From Candidatus Omnitrophota bacterium (GTDB lineage Bacteria > Omnitrophota > Gorgyraeia > Zapsychrales > Fredricksoniimonadaceae), in NCBI GenBank assembly GCA_044225175.1, contig JBGAJA010000007.1, forward strand, positions 13,492-77,491: a stretch of 64,000 bases of DNA, in the 5' to 3' direction. Both the position numbers and the translations under genes were made by a program. The notes below the pieces were generated by a model. It did not search any database. It was not told where the DNA came from and saw nothing but the letters and a program-made list of their open reading frames with translations. The first letter of the stretch is position 1. Every line of letters starts with the position of its first letter. Positions 33,125 through 43,703 of the stretch are shown here, piece after piece.

Positions 33125-33842
33125 AATTGACATTTTAAGAAAAGCTGGTAAGATTCTCGCCTCAATTATTAGAGAATTAAAGAGCTCTTTAACAGTAGGA
33201 ATGACGACTAAGGATATAGATGAACAAGCTTTTATCCTGATGCAGAAAAATGGTGTAAGGCCAGCATTTAAAGGTTATAGAGGCTTTCCAGCTAGTACAT
33301 GTATATCCGTCAATGAAGGCGTAGTGCATGGTATTCCCGGGCAGCGAGTAATTCGTAAAGGTGATATTGTTAGTATAGATGTAGGCATCATTTGCGAAGA
33401 TTATTATTCTGATACAGCATTGACAGTAGCGGTTGATCCAGTGAATCCTCAGTCTCAAAAACTTCTGCAAGTTACAGAAGATGCTCTTTATAAAGGAATT
33501 GAACAAGCTCGTGCTGGACGGCATTTATCAGATATATCATATGCAGTTCAGAGTTTTGTCGAATTAAATGGCTTTTCAGTAGTGAGAGATTTTGTTGGCC
33601 ATGGAATAGGTCGTCAGTTACATGAAGATCCGGAAATTCCAAATTATGGCCCAGCGCATGAAGGACCTATTTTAAAAGAAGGTATGGTATTGGCGATTGA
33701 GCCAATGGTTAATATGGGGGGTCGTCGTACCCGAGTCTTGAGTGATGGATGGACGGTTGTTACAGATGATGGTAAGCCTTCTGCCCACTTTGAACATTGT
33801 GTTTTAATTACAGCTAATGAAGCTGAAATATTAACACGCTAA
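33087..33842 (+). CDS. map: Methionine aminopeptidase type I
   Basis: HGIP, GHGIG, HFEH. Confidence 0.97.
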   Translation: MKTSHIKIKTSDEIDILRKAGKILASIIRELKSSLTVGMTTKDIDEQAFILMQKNGVRPAFKGYRGFPASTCISVNEGVVHGIPGQRVIRKGDIVSIDVGIICEDYYSDTALTVAVDPVNPQSQKLLQVTEDALYKGIEQARAGRHLSDISYAVQSFVELNGFSVVRDFVGHGIGRQLHEDPEIPNYGPAHEGPILKEGMVLAIEPMVNMGGRRTRVLSDGWTVVTDDGKPSAHFEHCVLITANEAEILTR

Positions 33843-33844
33843 AT

Positions 33845-34063
33845 ATGGCCAAAGAAGATTTAATAGAAGTTGAAGGTACAATTGAAGAGGCGTTGCCCAA
33901 CGCAATGTTTAGGGTTGTGTTGGAGAATAACCATAAAGTATTGGCTCATGTGTCAGGTAAAATTAGAATGAATTTTATTCGTATTTTACCCGGAGATAAA
34001 GTTAAGCTTGAATTGTCTCCATATGATTTATCTCGTGGCCGAATAACGTTTCGCTTGAAATAG
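33845..34063 (+). CDS. infA: Translation initiation factor IF-1
   Basis: [16 protein letters not shown]. Confidence 0.98.
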   Translation: MAKEDLIEVEGTIEEALPNAMFRVVLENNHKVLAHVSGKIRMNFIRILPGDKVKLELSPYDLSRGRITFRLK

Positions 34064-34072
34064 GATATTAAA

Positions 34073-34186
34073 ATGAAAGTAAAATCATCAGTTAAAAGAA
34101 TTTGTGGAAGTTGTAAAATTGTTCGTCGATCAGGGGTTGTACGAGTGATTTGCTCTAACCCTAAACATAAGCAAAGACAAGGATAA
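34073..34186 (+). CDS. rpmJ: 50S ribosomal protein L36 (not in the ORF track)
   Basis: Manual translation [37 protein letters not shown]. Confidence 0.96.
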   Translation: MKVKSSVKRICGSCKIVRRSGVVRVICSNPKHKQRQG

Positions 34187-34188
34187 TT

Positions 34189-34584
34189 ATGCCAAGAATT
34201 TTAGGTATTGACCTACCCAAAGAAAAACGTATTGAAGCTGCTTTGCCATACATCTATGGTATTGGTTTAACAAGATCTAAAGAAATTTTAACTCAAGCTA
34301 AGATTAGCGGAGATAAGCGTGCTAAAGATTTGACCGAAGAAGAAATCTCTCGAATTACTAGTATTGTTCAAAAGAGTTTTGTTACTGAAGGGGACTTAAG
34401 AAGAGATATTAATGAAAATATTCGTCGACATATGGAAATAGGAACTTACCGCGGATTACGTCATCGTAAAGGTTTGCCTTGTCGTGGCCAAAGAACCAAA
34501 ACAAATGCCAGAACACGAAAAGGTAAGAAGCCAGTTGTTGGTCATATTATTAAGAAGGAAGCCGCACCAGCTAAAAAAGGATAA
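34189..34584 (+). CDS. rpsM: 30S ribosomal protein S13
   Basis: [11 protein letters not shown]. Confidence 0.98.
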   Translation: MPRILGIDLPKEKRIEAALPYIYGIGLTRSKEILTQAKISGDKRAKDLTEEEISRITSIVQKSFVTEGDLRRDINENIRRHMEIGTYRGLRHRKGLPCRGQRTKTNARTRKGKKPVVGHIIKKEAAPAKKG

Positions 34585-34592
34585 TTTTATTT

Positions 34593-35018
34593 ATGGCAAC
34601 AAAACCAGCAGATAAAGATAACGCAATTGTCAATAAAAAGACAGCTAAAGCCAAGAAGAAATCCCTCAAAGGGATCACTTCAGGAATCGCAACAATTCAA
34701 GCAACATTCAACAATACAATCGTAACTATTGCAGATAAACAAGGAAACGCCATTGTCTGGGCTTCTCCAGGGTTGGTTGGTTTCAGTGGTTCTAAGAAAT
34801 CAACACCTTTTGCTGCTCAAATTGCTGCTACAGATGCAGCAAGAAGAGCTAAAGAGCTTGGGCTTATGAGTGTAGATATATTAGTAAAAGGGCCAGGTTC
34901 TGGTCGTGAATCAGCGATACGTGCAATTTCTGCTGCTGGAATTTCGGTGACATCTATTAGAGATATCACACCTATTCCGCATAATGGTTGCCGTGCACGC
35001 AAAAAGAGAAGGGTTTAA
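34593..35018 (+). CDS. rpsK: 30S ribosomal protein S11
   Basis: KSTPFAA, PHNGCR. Confidence 0.98.
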   Translation: MATKPADKDNAIVNKKTAKAKKKSLKGITSGIATIQATFNNTIVTIADKQGNAIVWASPGLVGFSGSKKSTPFAAQIAATDAARRAKELGLMSVDILVKGPGSGRESAIRAISAAGISVTSIRDITPIPHNGCRARKKRRV

Positions 35019-35031
35019 GGGGAGATTTTTT

Positions 35032-35640
35032 ATGGGTAGATATATTGGTCCACGTTGTCGTTTAATGAGAAGAGAAGGAACTAATCTCGACTTAAAGAAG
35101 AATTGGTCGCTTGAGAGACGCGAATCTCCTCCTGGACAGCACGGTCTTCAAAAAACAAAGCTTTCTAACTACGGTGTTCAGTTAAGAGAAAAACAAAAAG
35201 CTAAGCGTTATTATGGTATTTTAGAAAAGCAATTTAGAAATTATTTCAGAAAAGCAGCATCTTCCAAAGGTGTTACTGGCCACACATTATTACAATTTTT
35301 AGAAGTTCGTTTGGATAATGTGGTTTATCAAATGGGATTCGCTTTGACTCGTTCACAAGCTCGCCAAATGGTAAGTCATGCCCTGGTTAGACTTAATGGT
35401 AAGAAAGTAGATATTCCATCTATTCAAGTTAAACCTAATGATGTTATTACTATTAAAGATAAACCTGCAACAGTAAAGTTAGCTCAAACTAATATTGAAT
35501 TAAATAAAGGTTGGGCGGCTCCTGCATGGTTAGAAGTTAATGCTGATAAGTTAACAGGCAAAGTTGTTCGTTTGCCAATGCGTGAAGATATTAAAGCGCC
35601 AGTTAATGAACAGTTAATTGTTGAATTGTATTCAAGGTAA
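35032..35640 (+). CDS. rpsD: 30S ribosomal protein S4
   Basis: QLREKQK, RLDNVVY; ATG 35032. Confidence 0.97.
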   Translation: MGRYIGPRCRLMRREGTNLDLKKNWSLERRESPPGQHGLQKTKLSNYGVQLREKQKAKRYYGILEKQFRNYFRKAASSKGVTGHTLLQFLEVRLDNVVYQMGFALTRSQARQMVSHALVRLNGKKVDIPSIQVKPNDVITIKDKPATVKLAQTNIELNKGWAAPAWLEVNADKLTGKVVRLPMREDIKAPVNEQLIVELYSR

Positions 35641-35642
35641 CA

Positions 35643-35671
35643 GTACAGACGCAGCATTGCTACGTCTCAAC
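35643..35671. repeat. Degenerate REP-like palindrome, same type as 37-60
   Basis: GTAC-AGACGCAGCA-t-TGCTACGTCT-CAAC. Confidence 0.55.
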
Positions 35672-35694
35672 ATTTATTAATTCGTATGACCTTC

Positions 35695-35724
35695 TCCGCC
35701 ATAGGCGGATCCGCCTCCGGTGGA
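35695..35724. repeat. 30-bp double mini-hairpin element
   Basis: TCCGCC-ata-GGCGGA + TCCGCC-tcc-GGTGGA; related copy at 49833-49862. Confidence 0.7.
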
Positions 35725-35759
35725 GACCCAAGAAGGGGACATAAAACAAGGAGAATATC

Positions 35760-36752
35760 ATGGGTGTAAAATGGCGCGATTTTCAAATGCCTAAAAGATT
35801 AGATTGTGATGAATCTAGCTACACAACGACATATGGCAAATTTGTTGCTGAACCATTTGAACGTGGTTATGGCGTTACTTTAGGAAATTCTTTACGTCGT
35901 ATTTTGTTGTCTTCCATCGAAGGTTCTGCAGTCACTGCAATTCGTATTGAAGGCGTTTCTCATGAATTTTCCACTCTTCCTGGAGTGCTAGAGGCTGTTA
36001 CAGAGATTGTGTTGAACGTCAAAGGTTTAGTTGTCCGTTCACATTCAAAGGCACCTAAAAGTGTTTATATTAAAGCTAATAAAAAAGGTGAGATCAAAGC
36101 TAAAGACGTCATTTTTGATGAGGTTATTGAAGTTTTGAATCCTGAACATCATATTGCAACTTTAACGCAAGATATTCCTTTTAATATGGAGCTAGAAATC
36201 TCTCGTGGTCGTGGGTATGTGCCTGCAGATCAAAACAAAAGAGAAGGTTCTCCAGTTGGAACTATTGCAATTGATTCCATTTTTACACCTATTGAAAAAG
36301 TTAATTTTACTGTAGAAAATACACGTGTTGGACAAAGAACAGATTATGATCGTTTGATTCTTGAAATTCATACCAATGCGGCCATTAATCCCAAAGAAGC
36401 CCTTTTATATGGAGCTAATATTCTTCAACGCCATTTGGATGTGTTTGTTTCTTATGGTCAGCTTCCAGAAGAAGATGTGGAAGAAGAAGAAATTTCTGCA
36501 GAAGAAGAAGCTTTATATACCAAATTACGTTTACCAATTTCTGAGTTGGAATTATCAGTTCGTTCCTCCAATTGTCTTAAAGATGCAAACATCAAGACAA
36601 TTGGCGATTTAGTTCGTCGTCAAGAACCAGAACTTTTGGAATTCCGCAATTTTGGTAAGAAATCATTGACCGAAATCGGTGACATTCTTAAGGCCATGGG
36701 GCTTTCATTAGGAATGAAGGTTGATACGAAAAAATTGAAATCCAAGGCCTAA
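35760..36752 (+). CDS. rpoA: RNA polymerase alpha subunit
   Basis: [23 protein letters not shown]. Confidence 0.99.
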   Translation: MGVKWRDFQMPKRLDCDESSYTTTYGKFVAEPFERGYGVTLGNSLRRILLSSIEGSAVTAIRIEGVSHEFSTLPGVLEAVTEIVLNVKGLVVRSHSKAPKSVYIKANKKGEIKAKDVIFDEVIEVLNPEHHIATLTQDIPFNMELEISRGRGYVPADQNKREGSPVGTIAIDSIFTPIEKVNFTVENTRVGQRTDYDRLILEIHTNAAINPKEALLYGANILQRHLDVFVSYGQLPEEDVEEEEISAEEEALYTKLRLPISELELSVRSSNCLKDANIKTIGDLVRRQEPELLEFRNFGKKSLTEIGDILKAMGLSLGMKVDTKKLKSKA

Positions 36753-36778
36753 GTAAGGGCTAAAGAGTAAGAGGCAAT

Positions 36779-37330
36779 ATGAGACACAAAGTATCGGGAA
36801 ATCGTTTAAGTCGAAATCAGAGTTTACTTAAAGCTACTTTGCGTGATTTAGCGAAGTCTGTTTTGATTGATCAGCGTATATGTACCACACGTTCTAAAGC
36901 AAAAGAAGGGCGTAAGCTGGTTGAAAAATTAATTACATTGGCAAAAAAAGACACTTTGGATGCGCGTCGTCGTGCTTTTGCGATTCTTTGTGATCATGCT
37001 TTAGTTTCCTCTCTTTTTAAAGAAACTGCTCCACGCTTTAAAAATAGAATGGGTGGCTATACTCGTATAATCCCTTTCAATAAGCGTATGGGAGACAATG
37101 CTGAGATGGTGTTTTTAGAATTAACTGAAAAAGATAGAACTATTATTAGTGGTCAGAAAATCAGTAAATCGACCAAAGATAAAGTTGCTAATAAAGTCGA
37201 AGATGCTCAAACAAAACCTGTTATAGAAAAGCCTGAGCATCATAAGGATGACATTAAAGCTGCTACCAAGACTGCGGCAAAACCAACTGGAACAAGAAAA
37301 TTGTTTCAGCGTAAAACGGGTAGTGAGTAA
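36779..37330 (+). CDS. rplQ: 50S ribosomal protein L17 (with C-terminal extension)
   Basis: MRH, GGYTRI. Confidence 0.97.
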   Translation: MRHKVSGNRLSRNQSLLKATLRDLAKSVLIDQRICTTRSKAKEGRKLVEKLITLAKKDTLDARRRAFAILCDHALVSSLFKETAPRFKNRMGGYTRIIPFNKRMGDNAEMVFLELTEKDRTIISGQKISKSTKDKVANKVEDAQTKPVIEKPEHHKDDIKAATKTAAKPTGTRKLFQRKTGSE

Positions 37331-37346
37331 AGTTATAGATTAGTAT

Positions 37347-37379
37347 AAAAACCCTCCTAGAACATAGGAGGGTTTTTTT
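37347..37379 (+). terminator. Rho-independent terminator ending the ribosomal superoperon
   Basis: CCCTCCTA-gaaca-TAGGAGGG followed by T7. Confidence 0.85.
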
Positions 37380-37442
37380 ATTGTTATTTAAAAGAGTAAT
37401 TTTTACTATACTCGACAGAAAGGATTTGATATATTAACCGCC

Positions 37443-38624
37443 ATGCTTAAAATCAATCGTAGAATCAAAGATATCGTCGGTTCAACCACACTTGCAATCA
37501 CCGCTCGCGCTAAAGAATTAGCTTCTCAAGGTCATGATGTTGTTAATTTTGGAGCAGGGGAGCCAGATTTTGATACTCCAGATTTTATTAAAGAAGCTGG
37601 AATCAAAGCAATCAAAAGTGGTGTCACCAAATACACTCCTTCCATTGGAACTCAAGAATTAAGAGAAGCAATCGCAGCTAAATTTCAAAGAGATAACAAT
37701 CTGACCTATAAGCCAAGCCAAATTGTAGTTTCTTGCGGTGCTAAACATTCTTTATTTAACATTATTCAAGTTCTTGTTGACGACGACGACGAAGTTATTT
37801 TTCAAGCACCTTATTGGGTGAGTTATCCTGAGATGGTAAAAGCAGCTGGTGGAAAATCTGTCATTATTCAAACTAACGCCTCCACAGGCTATAAGATCAC
37901 GGCAGATCTTTTAAAAAAGAACATTACCTCTAAAACCAAGATTCTCATCATTAATTCACCTTCAAATCCAACAGGCGTTATGTACACACAGCAAGAACTT
38001 GCTGCAATTGCAAAAGTCTGTGTGGAGCATAAGATTTACGTTATTAGTGATGAAATTTACGAAAAGCTGATCTATGATGATGATATTAAATTTTGTTCGA
38101 TTGCTTCTTTGGGAAATGAGATTTTTGATTTAACCATCACCGTAAACGGTGTCTCAAAGGCATACGCAATGACCGGTTGGCGTATTGGTTATGCGGCAGG
38201 TCCCGTTGAAATTATGGAATACATTAAGAAATACCAAGACCACTCTACTTCAAATCCAACCTCCATTAGCCAAGCAGCAGCTGTAGCGGCTCTGGGTGCT
38301 TCGAATGATACAATTGATGCTATGTGTAAAGTTTTTAAAGGGCGTCGGGATTTAATCCTTCAATGTTTAGATCAAATTCCTCAGATCAGCTATATTCGGC
38401 CTCAAGGGGCTTTTTATGTGTTTTGTGACGTGTCTAAGGTTACAGATGGCAATACTATGGCTAAAGCCATGTTAGATGATATTAAAGTCGCTGTAATACC
38501 TGGTGATGGTTTTGGAACTCCCCAGTTTATTCGTTTGAGTTTTGCAACTTCTGAAGTCAAAATCAAGGAAGGTGTAAGTCGTATAGGTTCTTGGATTCAA
38601 TCTAATTCTAAACAAAAGAAATAA
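37443..38624 (+). CDS. PLP-dependent class I/II aminotransferase (aspartate aminotransferase-like)
   Basis: GEPDF, NSPSNPTG, SDEIY, SKAYAMTGWRIG. Confidence 0.93.
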   Translation: MLKINRRIKDIVGSTTLAITARAKELASQGHDVVNFGAGEPDFDTPDFIKEAGIKAIKSGVTKYTPSIGTQELREAIAAKFQRDNNLTYKPSQIVVSCGAKHSLFNIIQVLVDDDDEVIFQAPYWVSYPEMVKAAGGKSVIIQTNASTGYKITADLLKKNITSKTKILIINSPSNPTGVMYTQQELAAIAKVCVEHKIYVISDEIYEKLIYDDDIKFCSIASLGNEIFDLTITVNGVSKAYAMTGWRIGYAAGPVEIMEYIKKYQDHSTSNPTSISQAAAVAALGASNDTIDAMCKVFKGRRDLILQCLDQIPQISYIRPQGAFYVFCDVSKVTDGNTMAKAMLDDIKVAVIPGDGFGTPQFIRLSFATSEVKIKEGVSRIGSWIQSNSKQKK

Positions 38625-38627
38625 ATT

Positions 38628-39698
38628 ATGAGTAAACTGAATGCTTTGCGTGAATTGCTTCTTCTAACCATCCAAAAAGGTGCTTCAGATCTTCATTTAA
38701 CTGAAAATACTCCTCCAATTTTACGTATTGATGGCGCTTTAGTTAAGACGGACCATGCGCCTTTAAACCGCGAACAATTACAAGAGCTTATTTTTGATAG
38801 TCTTTCTCCCAATCAAATGAAAATATTTGAAGAAGCAAAGGAGCTTGATTTTTCACTGGCCCTCAGCGGCTTGGATCGTTTTCGTGTGAATGTTCATATG
38901 CAAAGAGGAGTTGTCGAGGCAGCGCTGCGACGTGTTTCATTATTTATCCCCTCTATGGAAGAATTGCAATTACCTTCAATTGTGGGTGATCTGGCTCGTA
39001 AACAAAATGGCCTGGTATTGTTAACGGGGGCAACTGGTACAGGTAAAAGTACAACCATGGCCTCCATGATTAACTTAATCAATACCGAACGTTCTTGCGT
39101 CATTGTAAGTATTGAAGATCCTATCGAATACGTTCATCCTAATAAAAAATCTATCATTAAACAGCGTGAAGTTTATCGTGATACCCATTCTTTTGCTGAA
39201 GCGCTTCGTCGATGCTTGCGTCAGGACCCTGATGTTATTGTAGTAGGGGAAATGAGAGACTTAGAAACCATCTCAACGGCTTTAACTGCTGCTGAAACAG
39301 GCCACTTAGTTTTAGCAACGCTTCACACACCAGATGCTCCTCAGACAATTGAACGTATTATTGACGTTTTTCCTCCATATCAGCAACAACAGGTTCGTCT
39401 CCAGTTAGCGGCAGCGTTGCAGGGAATCATTTCCCAGCAATTGGTCCCCAGAGCTTCTGGAAAAGGAAGAATCATGATTCCTGAAATAATGACCGCCACA
39501 ACAGGGGTTCGTAACATGATCCGTGAACAGCAGGTCGAACAATTACGTACAGCAATTCAAACAGGGGCCCAGTATGGGATGAAGACCATGGATAAATCAC
39601 TCAAAGAAGCCTATGAAAAAGGACTTATCACGTACGAAACAGCAATAACCTATGCTCACAATATTGATGAGCTCAAAAGTTTATTAGGAAGAAGGTAA
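38628..39698 (+). CDS. pilT: Type IV pilus retraction ATPase PilT/PilU family
   Basis: ASDLH, GATGTGKST, EDPIE, LRQDPD, AETGH, TLHT. Confidence 0.92.
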   Translation: MSKLNALRELLLLTIQKGASDLHLTENTPPILRIDGALVKTDHAPLNREQLQELIFDSLSPNQMKIFEEAKELDFSLALSGLDRFRVNVHMQRGVVEAALRRVSLFIPSMEELQLPSIVGDLARKQNGLVLLTGATGTGKSTTMASMINLINTERSCVIVSIEDPIEYVHPNKKSIIKQREVYRDTHSFAEALRRCLRQDPDVIVVGEMRDLETISTALTAAETGHLVLATLHTPDAPQTIERIIDVFPPYQQQQVRLQLAAALQGIISQQLVPRASGKGRIMIPEIMTATTGVRNMIREQQVEQLRTAIQTGAQYGMKTMDKSLKEAYEKGLITYETAITYAHNIDELKSLLGRR

Positions 39699-39701
39699 AA
39701 T

Positions 39702-40781
39702 ATGGCACACAAAGTTACACTCTTACCAGGTGATGGAATCGGACCCGAAGTAACCAATGCAATGAAGTTATGCGTGGAAGCAACAGGTGTCAAAATTGAT
39801 TGGGATGTTCAAGAAGTTGGTGAGAAATCCATGGCTAAACATGGTAAACCTTTAACAGATGAGGTTTTAGATTCTATTCGTCGCAATAAAACTGCAATCA
39901 AAGGGCCAATAACGACTCCAATTGGAAAAGGTTTCAGATCTGTGAATGTTCAATTGCGTCAATCATTGGATCTTTTTGCCTGCGTTCGTCCTTGCGTGTA
40001 CTATGAAGGTACTAAGACTCCAATTAAAAATGTAAATTTGCTGATCTTTCGTGAAAACACCGAAGATCTTTATGCTGGAGTTGAATTTGATATCAACACT
40101 CCAGAAGTGGACCGTCTACGTAATCTTATTAACGAAATGTCTGCTAAGAAGGTTAAGGAAGACACAGCAATTTCAATTAAACCAATTTCAGTGAGTGGTT
40201 CTAAGAGAATTGCTAAGTTTGCTTTTGATTGGGCTGTTAAGGCAGGGCGTAAGAAGATGACAGCTGTTCATAAGGCCAACATCATGAAGTTCTCCGACGG
40301 TCTTTTCCTTAAGAGTGTTTCAGAAGTAGCAGAACAATATAAAGGTAAGATCGAATTTGGTGATTGTATTGTGGATAATATGTGCATGCAGTTGGTGCAA
40401 TATACTTCTTTGTATGATTGCTTAGTGCTTCCTAATCTTTATGGAGATATTGTCTCCGACTTATGTGCTGGTTTGGTTGGAGGCTTAGGTGTTGCGCCAG
40501 GGGCTAACTATGGTGACGAGATTGCTTTATTTGAGCCTGTGCATGGATCCGCTCCTAAATATGCAGGACAAAATAAGGTTAATCCTACGGCAACCATTCT
40601 TTCAGCCGTATGGATGCTTCGCCATTTAAAAGAAGATGATGCAGCTAATCGTCTCGATAATGCAGTGAAGATTATTTTAAGGGAAGGTAAGGAAGTTACT
40701 TACGATCTTAAAGATAATAAAAATGATCCATCTGCCATTGGTACAATGCAAATGGCTGAGGCGATTTGTAGAAAGATCTAA
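39702..40781 (+). CDS. icd: Isocitrate/isopropylmalate dehydrogenase family, probably isocitrate dehydrogenase
   Basis: [36 protein letters not shown]. Confidence 0.85.
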   Translation: MAHKVTLLPGDGIGPEVTNAMKLCVEATGVKIDWDVQEVGEKSMAKHGKPLTDEVLDSIRRNKTAIKGPITTPIGKGFRSVNVQLRQSLDLFACVRPCVYYEGTKTPIKNVNLLIFRENTEDLYAGVEFDINTPEVDRLRNLINEMSAKKVKEDTAISIKPISVSGSKRIAKFAFDWAVKAGRKKMTAVHKANIMKFSDGLFLKSVSEVAEQYKGKIEFGDCIVDNMCMQLVQYTSLYDCLVLPNLYGDIVSDLCAGLVGGLGVAPGANYGDEIALFEPVHGSAPKYAGQNKVNPTATILSAVWMLRHLKEDDAANRLDNAVKIILREGKEVTYDLKDNKNDPSAIGTMQMAEAICRKI

Positions 40782-40807
40782 ACAATTGAATTGAATGGAT
40801 TGTCTCT

Positions 40808-40836
40808 AACCCCCTCTTTAATCAAAGAGGGGGTTT
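40808..40836 (+). terminator. Stem-loop, probable terminator after icd
   Basis: AACCCCCTCTTT-aatc-AAAGAGGGGGTT. Confidence 0.65.
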
Positions 40837-40851
40837 CTATTAGGAACTCAG

Positions 40852-41490
40852 ATGGACTTGCTTATTGAAGATTGGGGTATAATTGACTACGAGAGTGCTT
40901 TTGTGCGTCAAAAAGAACTCGTTCAAGCTGTCATTGGGGGAGCCCAGGGCCGTTTGATTTTTTGTGAACACCCTCCGGTGCTTACCTTGGGGCGTTTATT
41001 TAAAGAAAACAGCCTTCTATACACCCATGAAGAAATTCAAGCCAAAGGAGTAAGTATTAAATCCATTGACCGTGGGGGGGATGTTACGCTTCATGCGCCG
41101 GGACAATTAGTTGTTTATGTGATTCTAGACTTGAACGTTTTGGGTAAAGATTTAAAGGTTTATCTCGAGAAACTCGAACAAGTTGCCGTTGATTTATTGA
41201 AGGATTTTGGTATATTGGCTGTAAGTATTCCGGGAAAACGTGGTGTTTTCGTCAAGCGAGATAAGATTATTTCAATCGGCATTGGAGTTCGCAAATGGGT
41301 CAGTTATCATGGCCTAGGCATTAATGTAAATACAGATCTTTCTTTATTCTCTTTAATCAAGCCCTGTGGTTTAGATGTGAACATGACCTCTCTCTCAAAA
41401 CTACTGGGGCGCTCAGTTGACATGTCAAAAGTAAAAAATAAATGGATTGAGCATTTTAATCGAGTTTTTAAGGTTAATAGTCGCATATGA
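40852..41490 (+). CDS. lipB: Lipoyl(octanoyl) transferase
   Basis: EHPPVLTLG, RGGDVTLHAPGQ, PCG. Confidence 0.93.
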   Translation: MDLLIEDWGIIDYESAFVRQKELVQAVIGGAQGRLIFCEHPPVLTLGRLFKENSLLYTHEEIQAKGVSIKSIDRGGDVTLHAPGQLVVYVILDLNVLGKDLKVYLEKLEQVAVDLLKDFGILAVSIPGKRGVFVKRDKIISIGIGVRKWVSYHGLGINVNTDLSLFSLIKPCGLDVNMTSLSKLLGRSVDMSKVKNKWIEHFNRVFKVNSRI

Positions 41491-41717
41491 AAGAAATTAT
41501 CCTGCCAGAATTAGGTGAAGGTATTACAAAGGCTACAGTTGCCCTTTGGCATGTTAAAGAAGGCGATATTGTAAGCCAAGATGATGAAATTTGTGAAGTT
41601 ACGACGGATAAAGCAACGTTTAATGTTGAAGCTCCCGCAGCTGGACGAATAAAGTCTATTTTGATTCCAGTAGGCAAGGAAGGTCAAGTGGGCGGGGTTT
41701 TAGGATTAATAGAATAA
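41487..41717 (+). CDS. Stand-alone lipoyl-carrier domain protein
   Basis: LPELGEG..EVTTDKA, an E2-type lipoyl domain of 76 aa. Confidence 0.88.
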   Translation: MKEIILPELGEGITKATVALWHVKEGDIVSQDDEICEVTTDKATFNVEAPAAGRIKSILIPVGKEGQVGGVLGLIE

Positions 41718-41719
41718 GT

Positions 41720-42844
41720 ATGACGCATTTCAAGCCTAAGCGTGTCCTTCTGCTATATATCTCCCAGGTTTCAGGTCATCGACATGGTGCAGTAGCCATA
41801 TCAAAGGCCCTCAAAGAGCTTAATCCTGACTGTGAAATTAAAAGTCTGAATGGATTTGGCTATACCTATCCCTTAATGGAGAAAATTATCAATACCGCAT
41901 ATATGGGGGTAATTAAACGTGCTCCTCAGATTTGGGAGTATCTTTATGATAATCCTAAGGTCATTAAAGCTTCACAGAAAATCAAAGAAAAGATCCATAA
42001 ATCTTCCCATAAGAAATTCAAACCACTTTTTGATGAATTTAAACCCGATGTCGTCGTTTGCACTCAAGCCTTTCCATGCGGCATGGTTGCAGATTTTAAG
42101 AACGAAAATAAGCTTCCTGTCAAAGTTGTCGGTGTTCTTACAGATTTTGCTCCCCATATGTATTGGCTTCATGATGGAGTAGACTATTATGTGGTTCCTT
42201 TTGAAGATGCGAAAAAAAGATACATGGACGAAGGAATTGAAGCAGATCAAATTAAAGTCTTTGGAATTCCTATCCGTACGAAATTTTCAGAAAAAGGAGA
42301 TGTACAGACAATTGCCCGTAAATTGCATTTAGATGTACAAATTCCTACTGTTCTTGTTATGGGTGGGGGACAAGGTTTGGGCCCCATGAAGGAAGCTGTC
42401 AAATCTTTGGTAGCATTAAATCGACCTTTGCAGATCATTGTGATTGCAGGAACTAATACAAAACTTTTGGCTTGGATTAAAAAGATCCAGCGTAAAACCT
42501 CTAAAAAAATCATCGCTTATGATTATGCCAATAATGTCGATGAATTAATGGAAGTTTCAACATTGATTATTACAAAGCCAGGAGGTATGACAACCTCTGA
42601 ATGCCTAGCTAAAGGGTTACCGATGGTTGTCATTGATCCAATTCCTGGACAAGAAGAACGTAACTGTGATTTTTTGGTTAAAAGTGGCATTGCTGTACGC
42701 GTATACAATAAAAAGGAAATTGCGCATTGCGTTGAAATGCTTTTGAATGACCCTGCTAAACTTCAGTCTATGAAGGAGTCTGCTTTAAAGTTTGCTCGTC
42801 CTAATGCGGCCCAAGACATTGCACGGTTGGTGCTCAGTGGGTAA
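41720..42844 (+). CDS. MGDG synthase/UgtP-like diacylglycerol glycosyltransferase (GT28)
   Basis: GH..A, MGGGQG, ITKPGGMT, IPGQEE. Confidence 0.85.
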   Translation: MTHFKPKRVLLLYISQVSGHRHGAVAISKALKELNPDCEIKSLNGFGYTYPLMEKIINTAYMGVIKRAPQIWEYLYDNPKVIKASQKIKEKIHKSSHKKFKPLFDEFKPDVVVCTQAFPCGMVADFKNENKLPVKVVGVLTDFAPHMYWLHDGVDYYVVPFEDAKKRYMDEGIEADQIKVFGIPIRTKFSEKGDVQTIARKLHLDVQIPTVLVMGGGQGLGPMKEAVKSLVALNRPLQIIVIAGTNTKLLAWIKKIQRKTSKKIIAYDYANNVDELMEVSTLIITKPGGMTTSECLAKGLPMVVIDPIPGQEERNCDFLVKSGIAVRVYNKKEIAHCVEMLLNDPAKLQSMKESALKFARPNAAQDIARLVLSG

Positions 42845-43703
42845 TTATTATCTATATCAAATTGCAGCATTTATTACTCGATTTTTACCGTTGAAGGCGA
42901 GTTATGCGTTAGGTGTTTTTCTCTCCGACTGTCAGTATCTTCTTTCTAAAGCAGACAGACAAGCTGTGCGGGACAATCTTAGTATTATCCTCAAAACTCA
43001 ACAAGTACCTTCTGCCAAGGTTCGTGAAGTGTTTCATAATTTCGGAAAGTATTTGGTAGATTTCTTTACGATGACCCAGAGAGTGGACCAAGAATTTATT
43101 AAAAAATATGTGCAAATCTCTGGTGCGGAATATTTTAATGAAGCTCGTTCTCATGGAAAAGGAGGGATTTTAATAAGCGCCCACCTAGGGAATTGGGAAA
43201 TGCCGGCGGGAGTTATTAAGTATTTGGGTTATCCATTATCTGTAATTGCTTTGTCCCATCGGGATCAAAGAGTCAATGCTTTCTTTAATAAACAAAGAGA
43301 ATTCTTTGGAATCAAAGTCATTCAAACTAATGTTGCTGTTCGTCGATGCGTGGAACATCTTAAAGAGAATCGTTTGGTTGCTATTTTGGCAGATAGAGAT
43401 TTTGGGAATCATGGGATACCTATGGATTTTTTAGGAAGAAAAGCTTTAATTCCAAAGGGGGCCGCCCTTTTTTCTATTAAAACGGGAGCGCCGGTTATTC
43501 CAACGTTTTTTTTAAGAACTCCACAGGATGGTTTTAAATTTATTATCGGAAAACCTATTTATCCCTTTGTAGTATCTAAGGAGCATAAAATTACTGACAA
43601 GGATTTAGAGAGTTTTATTGAGCAATACCTTAAGAAAATTGATGAGCAAATTCAACAAAATCCGACACAGTGGTTAATATTTCGACGTTTTAATATTGTA
43701 TGA
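42837..43703 (+). CDS. Lipid A lauroyl/PatA-like lysophospholipid acyltransferase
   Basis: HLGNWE, ADRD, PTQW; probable GTG start at 42837. Confidence 0.85.
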   Translation: MGNYYLYQIAAFITRFLPLKASYALGVFLSDCQYLLSKADRQAVRDNLSIILKTQQVPSAKVREVFHNFGKYLVDFFTMTQRVDQEFIKKYVQISGAEYFNEARSHGKGGILISAHLGNWEMPAGVIKYLGYPLSVIALSHRDQRVNAFFNKQREFFGIKVIQTNVAVRRCVEHLKENRLVAILADRDFGNHGIPMDFLGRKALIPKGAALFSIKTGAPVIPTFFLRTPQDGFKFIIGKPIYPFVVSKEHKITDKDLESFIEQYLKKIDEQIQQNPTQWLIFRRFNIV

